The notes below the pieces were generated by a model. That model worked only from the letters and a program-made list of their open reading frames with translations, did not search any database and was not told the DNA's origin. 64,000 nucleotides of DNA from Azolla caroliniana (taxonomy: Eukaryota; Plantae; Polypodiophyta): positions 9,672,001 through 9,736,000 of the forward strand of contig JBHGNT010000005.1 of the NCBI GenBank assembly GCA_043228905.1, read 5' to 3'. Both the position numbers and the translations under genes were made by a program. Positions 1 through 13,286 of the stretch are shown piece after piece (positions within the stretch are counted from its first letter, which is position 1; each line of letters begins with the position of its first letter).

Positions 1-85
1 CGGACTGGTCGGGTCGGAAGAGTTGAAGCCGATCATTAAGGAACTGATGTCGGTTGTCTGAAACCATCCTGCGCTGTGTCCGGCT

Positions 86-3000
86 CTAACCGGACTGGTT
101 TGTCGTTACGCCCATCTGATGCCGAAGGGACCGAAAGCGGTCTGCCGAAAGACACTTGGTCATTCCATCTGCGACATTGTCGGTTGTGGATATTTTCTCT
201 AGACCGATTTTCCCTGAAATGACGCAGTCCCGAACGAAGTGATATCGAACGTCGATATGTTTGGAGGCGTTGTGGTGAACCGGATTTTTCGACAAGGCAA
301 CAGCACCTTGACTGTCGCTATAGACAACTGGGGCCGAGTCATGGTCGACTTGTCGAAACGTGCGCGCCAGCCGGCCGAGCCACAAAGCTTCTTTTGCAGC
401 GTCGGACGCAGCTACATATTCTGCTTCGGTCGTTGAGGTCGCTGTGCACTCCTGAAGTTTCGACTTCCACGAAATTGCTCCATTGCCGAATTTGAAGCAG
501 TATCCAGTTGTTGATTTCCGACTGTCTATACAGCCGGCGAAGTCCGAGTCGGTGTAACCGACTACGCCTGAGGTTGAGTTCGGACCGAAAAGAATGCCGT
601 GGTCTTTTGTGCCAGCCAGATATCTGAACACATGCTTGACTGCGTTCCAATGCGATCGGCCAGGATTGTGCATAAATCTGCTAACGACTCCTACGGCATG
701 AGAGATATCAGGCCGTGTCGCGACCATCAGGTACATAAGGGAGCCGACTGCCGGTGCATACGGTACCGACTTCATATCTTCCCCCTCCGGACCGGATGTC
801 GGGCAGTCTCGCTGAGAGAGCCGAAGATTCATGGGGAGCGGGGTTGAAGCAGATTTGGCTGATTGCATGTTGAAGCGTTCCAAGACACGTCCGATATAGT
901 CGGTCTGAGACAAAAAAAGATGTCGTTTATCGCGATGCCGACTAATCTTCATGCCAAGTATGTGTCGTGCCGGACCGAGGTCCTTCATGGCAAACTTCAA
1001 CCGCAATTGCCGAATGAGATCGGCAAGTTCGCCCGCGTGGCGTCCAGAAATTAGCATGTCGTCCATGTAAATGATGAGGAAGATGGGTGATCCATCTTGA
1101 GCTGTGTTGGTGAAAAGACAATGGTCCTCATCGCTTTTTGAGAAGCCGATCGATTGGATGAAGTCGTCGAACTTCTTGTACCATTGTCGCGGTGCCTGTT
1201 TGAGGCCGTATAGACTCTTCCTGAGTCGGCAGACTAGATGTTCTTGGCCAGTTGCCACGAAGCCTTTTGACTGCTCCATATAAATTTCCTCTTCAAGATC
1301 ACCATGGAGGAAGGCTGTTTTGACATCTAGCTGAATCAGCTCCAAGTTGTCGGCTGCCACTATGCCGAGTAGAAAACGAAGGGTTGTCATTTTCACCACT
1401 GGTGAAAAAATCTCGTCGAAGTCGACGCCATATTCTTGTCGGACGCCCTTCGCAACTAATCTGGCCTTGTAGTTTGGGGTGGTCGAATCAGACGTCTCTT
1501 TTAGTCGATAAACCCACTTGCAAGGAAGAGCACGTCGATTCTGAGGTAATTCGACCAGATCCCAAGTCTTGTTTGCCCGAATGGAGTGCATTTCCGACTC
1601 CATCGCCAGATGCCAGGTGGCTGAATCGACAGATGTCGATGCTTCTTCGTAAGACGTCGGTTCGCCGGCGTCGGTGAAGAAAATTCCAGGAGAATACCTC
1701 TCCGGAGGTTGCGACAGTCTCTCGGATCGTCGAGGTATGATTGGACTGGTCGTATCGGGTATCGAGGTCGGATGGTCCGAAAGCGAATTATTCTGCTGTG
1801 CCGAGTCAGAGTTGTCCGAGTCGGTAGTGTAAGGTTCAACTACCCGTGAAGCTGACCGTGTGTTAAGAGCGGGGCCTTCTTGAAGGGTCGGCACATCGGA
1901 AAATGTTACCCTTCGGACTTCGATCGGTGTTTTGACTGATGGATTCATAGCCGACTCGTTGAACACAACGTCCGAACTTCGAACGATTTGTCTGCGTTCG
2001 GGGTCCCAGAGTCGGTATCCCATTTCGCCGTCTGATCCATATCCAAGGAAAATGCATTTCCTGGACCGAGGTGCAAGTTTTCGGCGATCATCTTTCGGAA
2101 TAAGGGCGTACGCCTCGCATCCGAAGATCCTCAGCTTGTCGTAATTCGGCTTACTGCCGATCCATAGTTCCTGAGGAATTTGAAGTCCTAGAGGTCTGCT
2201 TGGCGACATATTGATTATGTGTACTGCCGTGAGTAGAGCCTCTGCCCAGAAGCCATTCGACAGTCCGGAGTGTTGGAGCATGGAAACTATCCGTTCTTGG
2301 ATTGTCCGATTCATGCGTTCTGCAATCCCGTTTTGCTCCGGACTGTGTGGTGCCGTAAATTCACGTCGGATGCCGCGTTGTCGGCAGAATTTGACGAATT
2401 CTTCTGATTTGAACTCTCCCCCATTGTCGGTCCGAAAGCATTTCAGTTTTCGGTCAGTTTGATTTTCTACCATAGCGAGCCAATCGGAGAAGATCGAGAA
2501 GACACGATCTTTGGTGCGAATTGGATAAGCCCACACCTTTCGAGTCGAATCGTCAATAAAACTGACGAAGTAAGAGGCACCGCCGAGAGACTGATGCGGC
2601 ATTGGGCCACAGACGTCCGAGTGGACTAAATCGAGAGGTCTCGTTTCTCTTGGTGCTGATGTCGGGTGTGATGCGGCTGCTTGTTTGCCATACTGGCAAT
2701 GTTCGCAGAATTGATGATCCGAGAAGGAGAGTTTAGGGATGTATCCGGCTCTAGATAGGTGCGTAATGCCGGCCTTGCTGAGGTGTCCTAATCTTCTGTG
2801 CCATAGTGATGACACAGGAATATCCACCAAAAACAGGTTACCCTCTCTGAGCGTAATATGTAACGGATACAGCGAGTGTATCTTGGGTCCTCTAGCAAGC
2901 AGGAGGTTCCCCCTGTGGAGTGTCCACCCTCCCGAAGAAAAACCGGCACGAATGCCGTCTTCATCTAGTTGTCCGACTGAGATCAATGGCCTTGAGAGCT

Positions 3001-4117
3001 CGGGTACATGTCGGACATTGTGAAGTACAAGTGTAGAGCCACCTGCAAGGTTGAGCTCTACTGTGCCGATTCCAATGATGTCACAGTGTTGCGAGTTGCC
3101 GACTCGAACTGAGTCGGAGTGACGGATCGTATATTGCCGAAATTGGGATCGATGAGGAGTCACGTGAAATGACGTGCCCGAATCTAAGAGCCATGTGCTC
3201 GATTCTTCAGTCGTGAGCAGAACTTCTGATCCGACTGGATTTTCGATTGATAGTATATTCGGGTCGTTTGGTAGCACATCAGCTGAGAAGCTGACGTAAT
3301 TGATCTCCTCATGCCGGCCACTCTTCTTGTCTGATTTCTGAGACTTGTCGTTCTTGTTCTTGAGTGCGCGGCAGTCGGCTTTGATGTGTCCGGGTTTCTT
3401 ACAATAGTTGCAGATTCGATTATCCCGTGACTGGCTCCGTCTTCGCTGATTGTTCGGCTGCCGTGAGGAATCTCTTCCTCGTATGTTCGATCGGTCTGTC
3501 GAACCTTGTACTACATAAGCGTCGTCTGTTGAGTCTTTGGCGAAAGACTTTCTCCGAGCTGCTTCGGTCAGGATTGCGCTCATGACTTCGGAGTATTTAA
3601 CAGCCGTGGTTGACGCGTTGCACACGGTTGTGACGAAGGTTTCCCATGATGAGGGAAGGCTGCTCATGAGTATCATTGCTCTGAGTTCATCCTCGATTGC
3701 CGTCCCCTGAGATGAGATTTGGGAGCTTATGCTTTCGTACTCATTGAGATGTGCTTGAACCGAATCTGATTCTTTCATCCGCAAGTTGTAGAGGCGCCGG
3801 ATCAGAAACATCTTCGTTGCAGCGACCTTCTTTTCGTAGGTGTCCGACAGTGTTTTCCACAGTTCGAATGCTGTCGTACACGATTGCACCGTAAAGTATA
3901 CCGATTCCGATAGGTGCATCCGAATCGTGGCGCGGACGATTCTGTCCAGCTTCTGCCACTCAATTGGTTTGTATCCTTCTGGAGGTGCTTCATTTTCGAT
4001 GGGATCGATTTGCCCCTTGACTATGAGATAGTCCTGCATTTGCTCCTTCCAGAAGTTGAAGTTCGATCCATCGAACTTTCGTAGACTCATTTCTGACGAG
4101 CCGGATGTTGATGTCAT
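86..4117 (-). CDS. Copia Gag-Pol polyprotein, 1343 aa
   Basis: Zn knuckle CNYCKKPGHIKADC; protease WLLDSGTS; LWHRRLGH..CEHC; integrase HSDVCGP/IDDSTRK/RTDNGGEF/NGIAERMN; [29 protein letters not shown]; RNase H YTDSDFAG..TEAEY..SKHIDVRYHF; Copia domain order; no stops. Confidence 0.97.
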   Translation of the reverse strand: MTSTSGSSEMSLRKFDGSNFNFWKEQMQDYLIVKGQIDPIENEAPPEGYKPIEWQKLDRIVRATIRMHLSESVYFTVQSCTTAFELWKTLSDTYEKKVAATKMFLIRRLYNLRMKESDSVQAHLNEYESISSQISSQGTAIEDELRAMILMSSLPSSWETFVTTVCNASTTAVKYSEVMSAILTEAARRKSFAKDSTDDAYVVQGSTDRSNIRGRDSSRQPNNQRRRSQSRDNRICNYCKKPGHIKADCRALKNKNDKSQKSDKKSGRHEEINYVSFSADVLPNDPNILSIENPVGSEVLLTTEESSTWLLDSGTSFHVTPHRSQFRQYTIRHSDSVRVGNSQHCDIIGIGTVELNLAGGSTLVLHNVRHVPELSRPLISVGQLDEDGIRAGFSSGGWTLHRGNLLLARGPKIHSLYPLHITLREGNLFLVDIPVSSLWHRRLGHLSKAGITHLSRAGYIPKLSFSDHQFCEHCQYGKQAAASHPTSAPRETRPLDLVHSDVCGPMPHQSLGGASYFVSFIDDSTRKVWAYPIRTKDRVFSIFSDWLAMVENQTDRKLKCFRTDNGGEFKSEEFVKFCRQRGIRREFTAPHSPEQNGIAERMNRTIQERIVSMLQHSGLSNGFWAEALLTAVHIINMSPSRPLGLQIPQELWIGSKPNYDKLRIFGCEAYALIPKDDRRKLAPRSRKCIFLGYGSDGEMGYRLWDPERRQIVRSSDVVFNESAMNPSVKTPIEVRRVTFSDVPTLQEGPALNTRSASRVVEPYTTDSDNSDSAQQNNSLSDHPTSIPDTTSPIIPRRSERLSQPPERYSPGIFFTDAGEPTSYEEASTSVDSATWHLAMESEMHSIRANKTWDLVELPQNRRALPCKWVYRLKETSDSTTPNYKARLVAKGVRQEYGVDFDEIFSPVVKMTTLRFLLGIVAADNLELIQLDVKTAFLHGDLEEEIYMEQSKGFVATGQEHLVCRLRKSLYGLKQAPRQWYKKFDDFIQSIGFSKSDEDHCLFTNTAQDGSPIFLIIYMDDMLISGRHAGELADLIRQLRLKFAMKDLGPARHILGMKISRHRDKRHLFLSQTDYIGRVLERFNMQSAKSASTPLPMNLRLSQRDCPTSGPEGEDMKSVPYAPAVGSLMYLMVATRPDISHAVGVVSRFMHNPGRSHWNAVKHVFRYLAGTKDHGILFGPNSTSGVVGYTDSDFAGCIDSRKSTTGYCFKFGNGAISWKSKLQECTATSTTEAEYVAASDAAKEALWLGRLARTFRQVDHDSAPVVYSDSQGAVALSKNPVHHNASKHIDVRYHFVRDCVISGKIGLEKISTTDNVADGMTKCLSADRFRSLRHQMGVTTNQSG

Positions 4118-4692
4118 GACTCTGCCCTAAGTCGGCTACGAACTTTGGTGAAGTGCATCGGTTTGGCCCACTCAGTGTCGTTCTAGCCGAAGTTGGACAC
4201 AAGTGATGTTGATTACGGAGAATCGGGGACTTGGTTCGGATTGACTACCGACAGCTGTCTTAGTCGAGTTGAACCTAGATTTAACGATCCGACAGTACTT
4301 CAAGCCGATTCGGTTTCAGTTGACTGCAACGGTGAGAGCAATGGAACCGACTGGTCCTTCCGATTATTGTCCAATCGAATGAAACACGAACTGGGGTTGT
4401 CCTTGAAGTCGTCGTTGTGCAGGAAGCCCACCTCAAGCAGTTACGATCAAGGAAGTAGAGTACAGCCGACTGGCTTACTCCGAGTGATGATCTAACGCAG
4501 CGAGATTCAAGCTTGTGTTTGCCTACTTTCTTCTCTGTTTCTTCGAATGACGCAAGAAACCGAATGCTTTGCAGACTAGGATGAAGCGAAAGGCCGAATA
4601 CTGTGCAGGCTGTGATGAAGCGAAGAATCGAATGCTGTGCAGGCTGAGACGACGGCCGACAACGGGTTGAGGGACCTTGCTCTGATACCAAA

Positions 4693-4994
4693 TGTTGAAG
4701 ACAAGGCCGTCAATGCGGAAGATCAAGTAGCATTCGATTGGGGTTGAGTACCTGCGTATGACAGTTTCTAGGATCGTGCACAGAGATAGAGAGAGAGAGA
4801 GAGAGGAGGCACAAAAGACTCTTTCTATTCAATAGAAACAATAATACAACCAACCTTACAAAAAGGTTACTAGGTCACTTTATATAGTGACAAACTTAGG
4901 GCAACTACCATTTATGCTAATTACACAAATGGCCCAGACTTGAGCTATACAAAGGGATAGTGTGAATACGTCCATTATACACTTGTATTCGACA
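4693..4994 (-). repeat. 5' LTR of the intact Copia (302 bp)
   Basis: TG...CA ends, 7-bp imperfect terminal inverted repeat, PBS 2 nt away, internal (GA)n tract. Confidence 0.88.
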
Positions 4995-6461
4995 CGATGA
5001 CCACAGACGAAGGGATCCCTCCACACCGGTTCCGAAGACTTTGGCAGTTGTGTCCGAGAGCCAACATAAAACCGGAGAGATGGAAGGTGACAGTGAGGAG
5101 ATGAGGGTCGAAGCCAGCGCATACAGAGGAACAGTGGCCAACAAGGAGGCCAAAAACAAAGATACAATAGAGTTCGATGAAGAACAAAAGAGCAGCAAGA
5201 AAGGAAGAACCGGAATACAATCCGGATGGAAGATGACGCGGTTGGTATTTTGACCCGAACAGAAGCCGACCCGGACGAGAGTTGATCAACCGGGCCCGAC
5301 CCAACTGAAAACCAGATGGAAACTAACCCGGTCGAATGTGAATCCGAACGAAGGCCGACCAAGCTAGAAGTTGATTGGTCGAGACCGATCCAGACAGAAG
5401 TTGAGCCAACCTAGACGGAGGTTGAAGCAGACGAGCCGCGACATCCAGTCGAGGCTGTTGAGCATAAGGAAAGGCAAGCATGAGACGAGAAAGGATGATA
5501 AAGGAAAGTTAAGTGACCAAGGAGATGGCCGAGATGAAGATGGCACATGCACGAGGCATGAAGCGTTATGCTCGGGAGGAGCAAAGGGAGCCATGACAAC
5601 TAGACATGGCAATAAAAAAGGTGAGCGAATGATATGGTGGATTGGATGGCAACGATAGTTCGAAGTAGACGACAAAAAGATGGTGCAGGCGAGGCGCAGG
5701 AAAGTAGGAAATCAAACACCAACCACCTTTGACCCTTCCACATCACTCTTTTCTTCTTGGCACATACCGGAGGATGTGCGGTTTGGTGGGGGTGGATGTC
5801 CTGATGTGGCATGTCTAGTGCGAGAAAAAGTCAAAAATTGAGGATCCACACACATTTCACGAATACTTGTAAAAGTGAAGATAAATAAACCTAGGTCCCA
5901 ATGGCATTGAGTGCATGTAGAGGGTTGCAAGTAGGATTTGAACCTTGCACCTCTAAGATAAGAGGCAATTATCTTACCTCTAAAGCTACTACTAAGTGTT
6001 GTAGATATTCTATATTTCTTTCTCGTATTCAATATTCCGTAGGAAACAAACGTACAAAACCGTGTACAAAAAACCACGGTTTTAAGCTCATGGTTTTCTG
6101 CATGTCACAAAGCAAAACTGTGTGCACAGAAACCATGGCTCCAAGCCCATGGTTTTGTGCATGGACAAACCTATAAAACCCCTAGTACAGCTTGTGTAAA
6201 GGGGGGGGCTCAATATGATATGACCATCATCATCACCATCAATAATATAAGCTTCTATTTCTTCTTCTTTGCATCTATCTTGTAATTATTTATCTACTTC
6301 TGAAAGTGTACAATCTTCAATCTTCTCAAGTGTAATAGGTCTTCCTCCAATCTTACATTTACATCGTCCTCTTCTCAATACCTTGACGGACATCCTCCTT
6401 GGTCCAAGACCCCGGTGGTCCCGCTCAAGCGAAGCACGCTCGCACGCGCATCGTCGCGACA
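4995..6461 (+). mobile_element. 3' part of a non-autonomous Gypsy-clan element (relative of 29751-33454), with 3' LTR 5797-6461
   Basis: Homologous to ~31980-33454 (IWWIGW motif, GCACATACCGGAGGATGTGC hairpin, PPT GGGGGTGGA, LTR TGTC...CGCGACA); interrupted on the left by the intact Copia. Confidence 0.85.
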
Positions 6462-9358
6462 ACGGTAGAAGAAAAAGATGAAACTATGGATGATCGGGGA
6501 TGCTGAAAGTTTGTAGTCGACCATATTCGTGATTGCGAGAAAGTGCTTCGAAATTTAGAAGATGTGCACCTAACACTTTTCGGGGAGAAATCGGCATTCG
6601 GGCAAGAAGAGATATTGGTGGTCGGACATCTATGTGGGCCCTACGGACGAAGACCATCACCAACCAAGATCAATGTAATTCAAGCTATCAAAGAAGTATG
6701 CGAGTCACAATCCAAATTGCGAAGGTTTCTTGGAGCTTGTGCATTTTATCACATGTGGATTCCGCACTATGCACATATTGCGGACCCACTCTATCACTTA
6801 GTGCGGAAGGGGAAGAAGTTCGAATGGAAACCGGAACAGACCAAAGCCATGAAGAAGCTCAAGAAAATAGTACGGAGGGCTGAAACGCTTAAGAAACCGA
6901 GCTATGAGCGATCGATCATAGTAACGGTTGATACAAGTCCAACCAGGATCGGATGGGTCATCAATCAAGCCGACTCAGATGGGTTGCGATATCCGATCCG
7001 ATTCGGAGCATAGGTTCTCAACGAAAGGCAACGCGGATATGCACAAGTCAAACGAGAATTATGGGGAGTCGTGTCGGCAATCAAATCGGATCGAGATTAT
7101 TTGATCGAAACGGATTGTCTTCCAATACTCGGGATGATGTTGTGTTGCACGATACCGGATGTGGCTATGCTAAGGTGGATTGCATATGTTAAGTCACTTA
7201 ATCGGGAGGTACTACACATCTCCGAAAAAGACAACGCGGTAGCGGATATGCTATCCAGGGCTCGGTTCATAGACCACATAGCCAAATCTGATAATGAAGA
7301 AGTTTCTGAAGACTACTTTGCTTCGGAGTACATATGTCAAGTGAACATAATCCGAGAATTCCGAGAAGAAGAATACGAGGGAGAAAGCTTGATGATCGAG
7401 AAGGTGCTACAAGAGATTGAGGAATCACTGGACGATAAAGAGAAGACAGACGAGATCCAAAGGAAGAAGAGGCAAGTCCAAAAGTTCTTCTTGAAAAATG
7501 GATTAATATGGAGGGAGCCGAAAAGACCGGATGGCATACCACTTCAGGTAGTCGGGACGAAAGAGCAACGAAACCGGATAATGTCCGAGTTTCACGAATC
7601 CGATTGGGCTGGACATCGTCGGACATGTTCAACTTTTGTGAAAATCAAACAAAAATATTGGTGGAAGAATATGTACAAAGATATAGCGGAGTTCACGGAA
7701 AGCTGCGAGAAGTGTCAAATCTACTATGGAGTTCGACACCGAGATGAGTTACATCCGAGATTCTCACTGATAATCAACTTCAAATGGATGGTCAACATTG
7801 TAGCCATGTGAACTGGGATCAGACAAAAGAAGTACTTGGTGTTAGCTCGAGAAGATCTCACAAATAAAGTAGAAGGTCGAGCGCTACGAAGGAAAACGTG
7901 TTCTGCGGTATGCCAATTTCTTTTGGAGGAGGTGTTTTGCAGGTACGGGTGCGTAGGACAAGTGATTGCGGATCGGGGAGAACTCGACTCTGATAAAGCT
8001 AGGGAATTCTTCACCAAACATGGAGTTCGATTAACACTAACAATGGGATACAATCCGGAGGCCAACGGGAAAATCGAACAAGGACATAGTCCGAACGTCA
8101 AAGCACTTGCCAAAGCATGCGACGGAAGGGTGAAGGATTGGCCGCAGATGCTCCCGTATGCACTATAGGTGGATCGGATGACGCATAGCTCCGTAACCAG
8201 TTATATGTCGACAGAACTTATGACCGGACAAGCACCGGTAATGCCGACGGAAACCACGATTGCGACATGGACAATGCTACCATGGAAGGAAGAGATGAGC
8301 CGTGAAGAACTACTAGCGGTCTGGATACGACAACTAGAGGGAAGACCGGAAGACATAGCGGAAGCAACACGCCGACAACAAGAAGCACGATTCGGGAACA
8401 AAAGCCGGTTTGACACAAAGCACCGACTACGACCACAGAAGATTGAAGGACATTGGGTGATTGTCTATGACAGTAGTTTGGATCATCAACATACAACAAT
8501 ATAGAAGTTCACGAAAAGGTGGTTTGGGCCATACGAGGTTTGGAAAGTTTTCGACAACAGAACTTACCGACTATGCGAGTTGGATGGAACGATACTACAA
8601 GTGCCTATAGCAGGGAAACGGGTAAAGATCTTCAACAAGCGGACTAACGACGAACCCTATGTAACCCTTGAGAAGACCGACAACGAGGAGAAACCAGACA
8701 AAGATCGCAGTGATGCGGAAAATGAAGAACATGCACTTCAACTCATAGTCGACATAAGGGGAGAATCGGAGAGTGCTACGGATGAAGGCGAATAATGAGC
8801 ATCGGGAACTTCGGCACATACCGGAGGATGTGCGGGTTTGGAGGGGGTGAGTGTCGTAGTGTAATTCACACACTACGTGAAAATTGCATTTTGGTTCCTC
8901 CGGATGGGACAAGGAGGAACCGGTAAGGAGAACTAGTGAGAACCGGATGAAGGAGGACCCGGTAAGAATCGGATCAAGCAGAACCGGCAAGAGCCAGATA
9001 AACAAGGCCGGTGAGAGTCTCTCACTGGATAAAGAGACAAATTTATAAATAGAAGAAAAGATTGTTACATGCATAGGGCAGGATTTGTACCATGTACCCC
9101 CAAGTAGACAAACCCCAACCTTACCATTGTACTAAGTTATCCTACGTGGTCTAAATATAGATTTAATATGTATAAGACCTTTATTTACGCCTACCATTAT
9201 TAAAAGGTAAGTCATGCATTTTTAGAATGTGTGAATACTTTATTTATAAGAAAAATGTACACCAATAAAAAATTACTCGTGCACATCTAGCGAGCATGAG
9301 CACTATATTTAGGAAATAAAAGCATAGTGTAAAAAGCAACTCATGCACATTTAGTGTG
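6462..9358 (+). mobile_element. Degenerate autonomous-type Ty3/Gypsy: RT end, RNase H, integrase, PPT and first part of the 3' LTR (LTR starts 8852)
   Basis: LRRFLGACAFY, VTVDTSP, RELWGV, NAVADMLSR, HESDWAGH..CEKC, IADRGELDS, YNPEANGKIEQGH, WFGPY; several in-frame stops; PPT GGAGGGGGTGAG then TGTCGTAG. Confidence 0.9.
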
Positions 9359-12300
9359 TGTTGAGAATCAAGCTCAACTTGGTCTAGTGTGTGAACTCAC
9401 CTTGAGAGTGAATAGACACTCCAACGGTCAAGAGTCACCATTATGTCACCTCTTTGTATTCTAGCATTTAGTATCAGTCATAGAATCATATTCTATGACA
9501 CATAACTTATGAGCTTTCACATTCCCCATGCTCCATGAGTCTTGTAGTTAATGAAGAGAGAGGGTGACTATATAAAGCACCCTCCTCCCACCTTGTATTG
9601 TGTTGAGTCTTTCTCCTTTGTTAATACAATCTACCTTGCGTATTCTCTGTGTATTATTCCTTGTCTCTCTCTCTCTCTCTCTCTCATACACACACATAAC
9701 TCACATCTCTTCTGCCTCACAAGAATCACCCCCAATTCTATACATGGTATCAGAGCGATTTGATAGCTCGATCTAGCCCATTCGCTTCATCGTGATCGTG
9801 TGTTGTGCTCTACGCCGACAACCATAAACCGGCTCATTGCTATCGTAGCTTCGCTACATAGCTCGCATTCGAAGAGAGAAGAAGAAGAAGAAGAATCAAC
9901 ATAATGAATACTCAAATGGGGAGCACTCTCCCTATCGAGAAGTTGGATCGATACAACTTCGCATCTTGGGAGTACAAGATGCACCAATACCTTGTCGGAC
10001 AAGGCTATTGGAGCTACATCAAAGGAGAGCATGAAGATCCACCCGCCGAAGCGGCCCCCGGATACGCGACATGGAGCAAGCTGCAAGCCGCGTGATGTAT
10101 TGCTTGGCGACATGTGTTCACGATCACATGCTCGGCTACATTCGCGAAGCCAAGACGCTGAAGGAGGCATGGGAAAATCTACGAAAGATTTTCGCGGCGA
10201 ACACAATCGCAAGATGGCTTCAACTCCGCCAAGAGTTGAACAACATTCAACAAAGGAACATGTCCATCACGACATACACCTTGAAGATCAAAGAGCTTTG
10301 CGGCTCGCTCGGATCAATAAGCGTAAGTATCGATGATGATGAGATGGTGCAAATATGCCTCGGTGGCCTCGCACCACGATTCGGCGTGATGCGAACAGCC
10401 GTTTTAGCACGGGAGAAATCTCCCTCCTTCTTCGAGCTCCAATCAATGCTATTGGTCGAAGCAAACCACGTGCATACAAGGGGCAATGAATCGGAACGCC
10501 ACATGCTCTACACGCACTCGAACGGAGGAAGAGGATGCGCACGGTCAAGAGGCCGATTCGGCCAAGGACAAGGCGGACGAGGTCTGACCTACGATAACAA
10601 CTCCCAATTTCGGCCGCAAAAAGGAAGCCAATGAGGAACCTTCGCAACAAGGGGGAGCTTCCACTCCGGCCCGAGCCATCAAAACGCAACTGAATGCGGA
10701 TATTGCGGAAAGCTCGGCCACCACGAAGAAGAGTGCCAAAAGAAGATGCGTGAATCGGTTTCCACATGCCGATCACTCACGAATTACGCGCACAATTCCG
10801 ACTACAAAGAGTATAGCGGAATGTACGGGAACAACTCCGACTACGAAGATCGTGGCGGAATGTATGCACGCAAATCCGACCATGGCGGATTGTTCATGAT
10901 GAAACATAGAGCAAAGTCTATGTCGGCCTCTACCTCAACTCGTGCTCTCAATCCGGAGGACGTATGGTTTCTTGACTCCGGAGCCTCAAACCATATGACA
11001 TCCCACAATGAATGGTTTCTCGAACTTCGAGAGCCGGAGCGACCCGGTTATGTCGAAACCGGAGATGACACTACGCACCCGATTCGGCACATCGGCAATG
11101 TTCTGTTCGGCGAAAGAGGTAAGAAAACATACATTAAAAATGTCTTGCATGTTCCCACCATCACGAAGAATTTGGTCTCGGTCGGCCAAATGGTTGAGCA
11201 AGGGATGCAAGTATGATTCGACCAAGAAGGGTGCTTCATCGAAAAAGAGGGCCGAATCATAGCGCGCGGAAGAAGAGAGGGTCAGATGTTCATTCTCGAT
11301 TCACACGAGATGATATCCACCATGTTCGCAAAAAGCACGAAAGCCAACTCCGACATAGAGCTATGGCACAAGCGGATTGGCCATATAAATCTCCAAAAGC
11401 TCAAAGCAATGAAATCGAAAGGAGTCATCATCGGACTCCCGACATTCAAAGAGAAGGAGATTGAAGGTGTATGCGAAGCGTGCCAATTCGGCAAGCAACA
11501 CTGACATCCATTCCCAAAAGAGCGGAACGTGAGCAAAGGTCTACTCGACGTAGTCCATTCCGACGTATGGGGACCGGCGCAGACGGCTACATTCGGCGGA
11601 TGCCGATATTACGTGCTCTTCATCCACAACTTCTCTAGGCACACTTGGATCTAGCCGATGCGGCAAAAGAGCGAAGTGTTCAGACACTTCCAAACATTCA
11701 AGAATGAAGTCGAGAAAGCCACGGGCCGACATGTACATTTTCTTCGATTGGATGGCTGCAAGGAGTACTTCTCGGACAATTTCATAGCGTACATCCGAAA
11801 GGAAGTAATTCGGCGAGAATTCACTTGCGGGCCATGATGAATGAGAAGCATATGCCCAAGTCTTATTGGGCCGAAGCTGCCAATACGGCCGTCTACCTAA
11901 TGAACCGGTGCACAACATCCGGCGTTGACGAGGTCACTCCGCACGAAAAATACTTCGGAAAGAAGCTGGACTTATCGCACATCCGCATATTCGGTGTGAT
12001 AGCGTACGTGCACATCCCCGACGAGAAGCGTCAAAAGCTTGATCCGAAGTCGGAGAAATGTATCCTCATAGGAGCAAAAGGGGTACAAGTGCTACAACCC
12101 CTCAACTCGAAAATCTCGTGTAAGTCGAGACGTCGTTTTCAACGAGTCCGCATCCTGGTACGCACCAGAGACAACTCCGACTCCAACTCCGCTCGACCCA
12201 GAATCCACCGAACAAGAGATAGAGGATGAAGATCGCCTTACGCGCATGTTCGAAGAAAGTCCGATCACAACCCGACTGAGCGGACCACAAGAGCCTTTGA

Positions 12301-12550
12301 GCGATCAAAGCACATCACGGCCTAGCCCGATGATGGACAAAGGCAAGGCGAAAATGGTGGAATACGTAGACGATCGCGTCAATGACGATGAGTCGACTCA
12401 CTCACTCGACAGTGAGTTCGGCGGTTTCAAGATACCAATCGGAGCTAAGAAAGCCCTCATCTCTTCAAACAAGAAGCTCCGCCGATCCACTTGTGAAAAG
12501 AACCCTGTAAGCCGATTCGGCTACAACGATTATATGGCGTACCATTACGT

Positions 12551-12732
12551 TGTCGTGAAGATTTTCGTCCACAAGCGGAAACTCGAGCAACGAGAGCCAA
12601 AGAGCGAGCGATGTGCAACGTTGCACACGTACATAATGTATTTGTAATAGTAATAAGGGTAAAGTGTATGGTGCTAGAAATGCCCCGTAGGATCCCTAAG
12701 GTATAAAGATGATGTGGTCTTGTGCGCACATC

Positions 12733-12767
<35 letters not shown>

Positions 12768-13286
12768 CTATGCGGTACATAGGTACCTAGCTGTTTGTGT
12801 GGAGGTGGGAGTTAAGGGGCCATCAATCTCACCCTCCCCCAATCAAGGCAAATATCCCCTTTGAATGAAAGGGGATATTTTAGTCTCACTTTTGTAAACA
12901 GTCTTCCCTCCTTGTCCTATAAAAGGAGAGGGAAGGCACCATTGTGGGGGTTGCCTATTTTGAGTGTGCGAGGTATACCACATAGGTCGAGAGTTAGGGT
13001 TAGGGTTAGGGTTTCTTTATCTTTATCTTCATCTTCGTCGGTTAGGGTTTCAAGTAGTCGTTTGGTGCGGCCTATGCGGCCACCATTTTGTAATCGTTCA
13101 TTTCGTTTTAATACATCTTGTTGATCATCTTTTCTCCATCTTCCTCTTGTTCGATCTAATCTCTTGTTCATTCTTCTTCTTCTTGACCAAAGCTTCCATT
13201 CCATGTCCGATTCCTTCTCCTCTACTCCTTAGTCCAAGACCCCAGTGGTCCCGCCCTTCTCCACGCATGCGCATAGCAACGCGACA
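12551..13286 (+). mobile_element. Gypsy-clan solo LTR inside Copia A
   Basis: TGTCGT...GCGACA; U5 motif GTCCAAGACCCCAGTGGT shared with the other clan LTRs; 4-bp TSD ACGT/ACGC; removing it restores the Copia frame YHYAFMMKVA. Confidence 0.9.

Larger units (their letters stand above)
1..4994 (-). mobile_element. Ty1/Copia LTR retrotransposon (Tnt1/Tork-like), apparently intact; 3' LTR lies beyond the left edge of the window
   Basis: Uninterrupted gag-pol ORF; tRNA-iMet PBS (TGGTATCAGAGC on minus, 4679-4690); 5' LTR 4693-4994 with TGTTGAA...TTCGACA termini. Confidence 0.95.

Noticed and set aside
12994-13011. (TTAGGG)3 as an interstitial telomere or healing site
   Set aside because: Only three units inside an LTR after a TATA box; better explained as telo-box-like promoter sequence.
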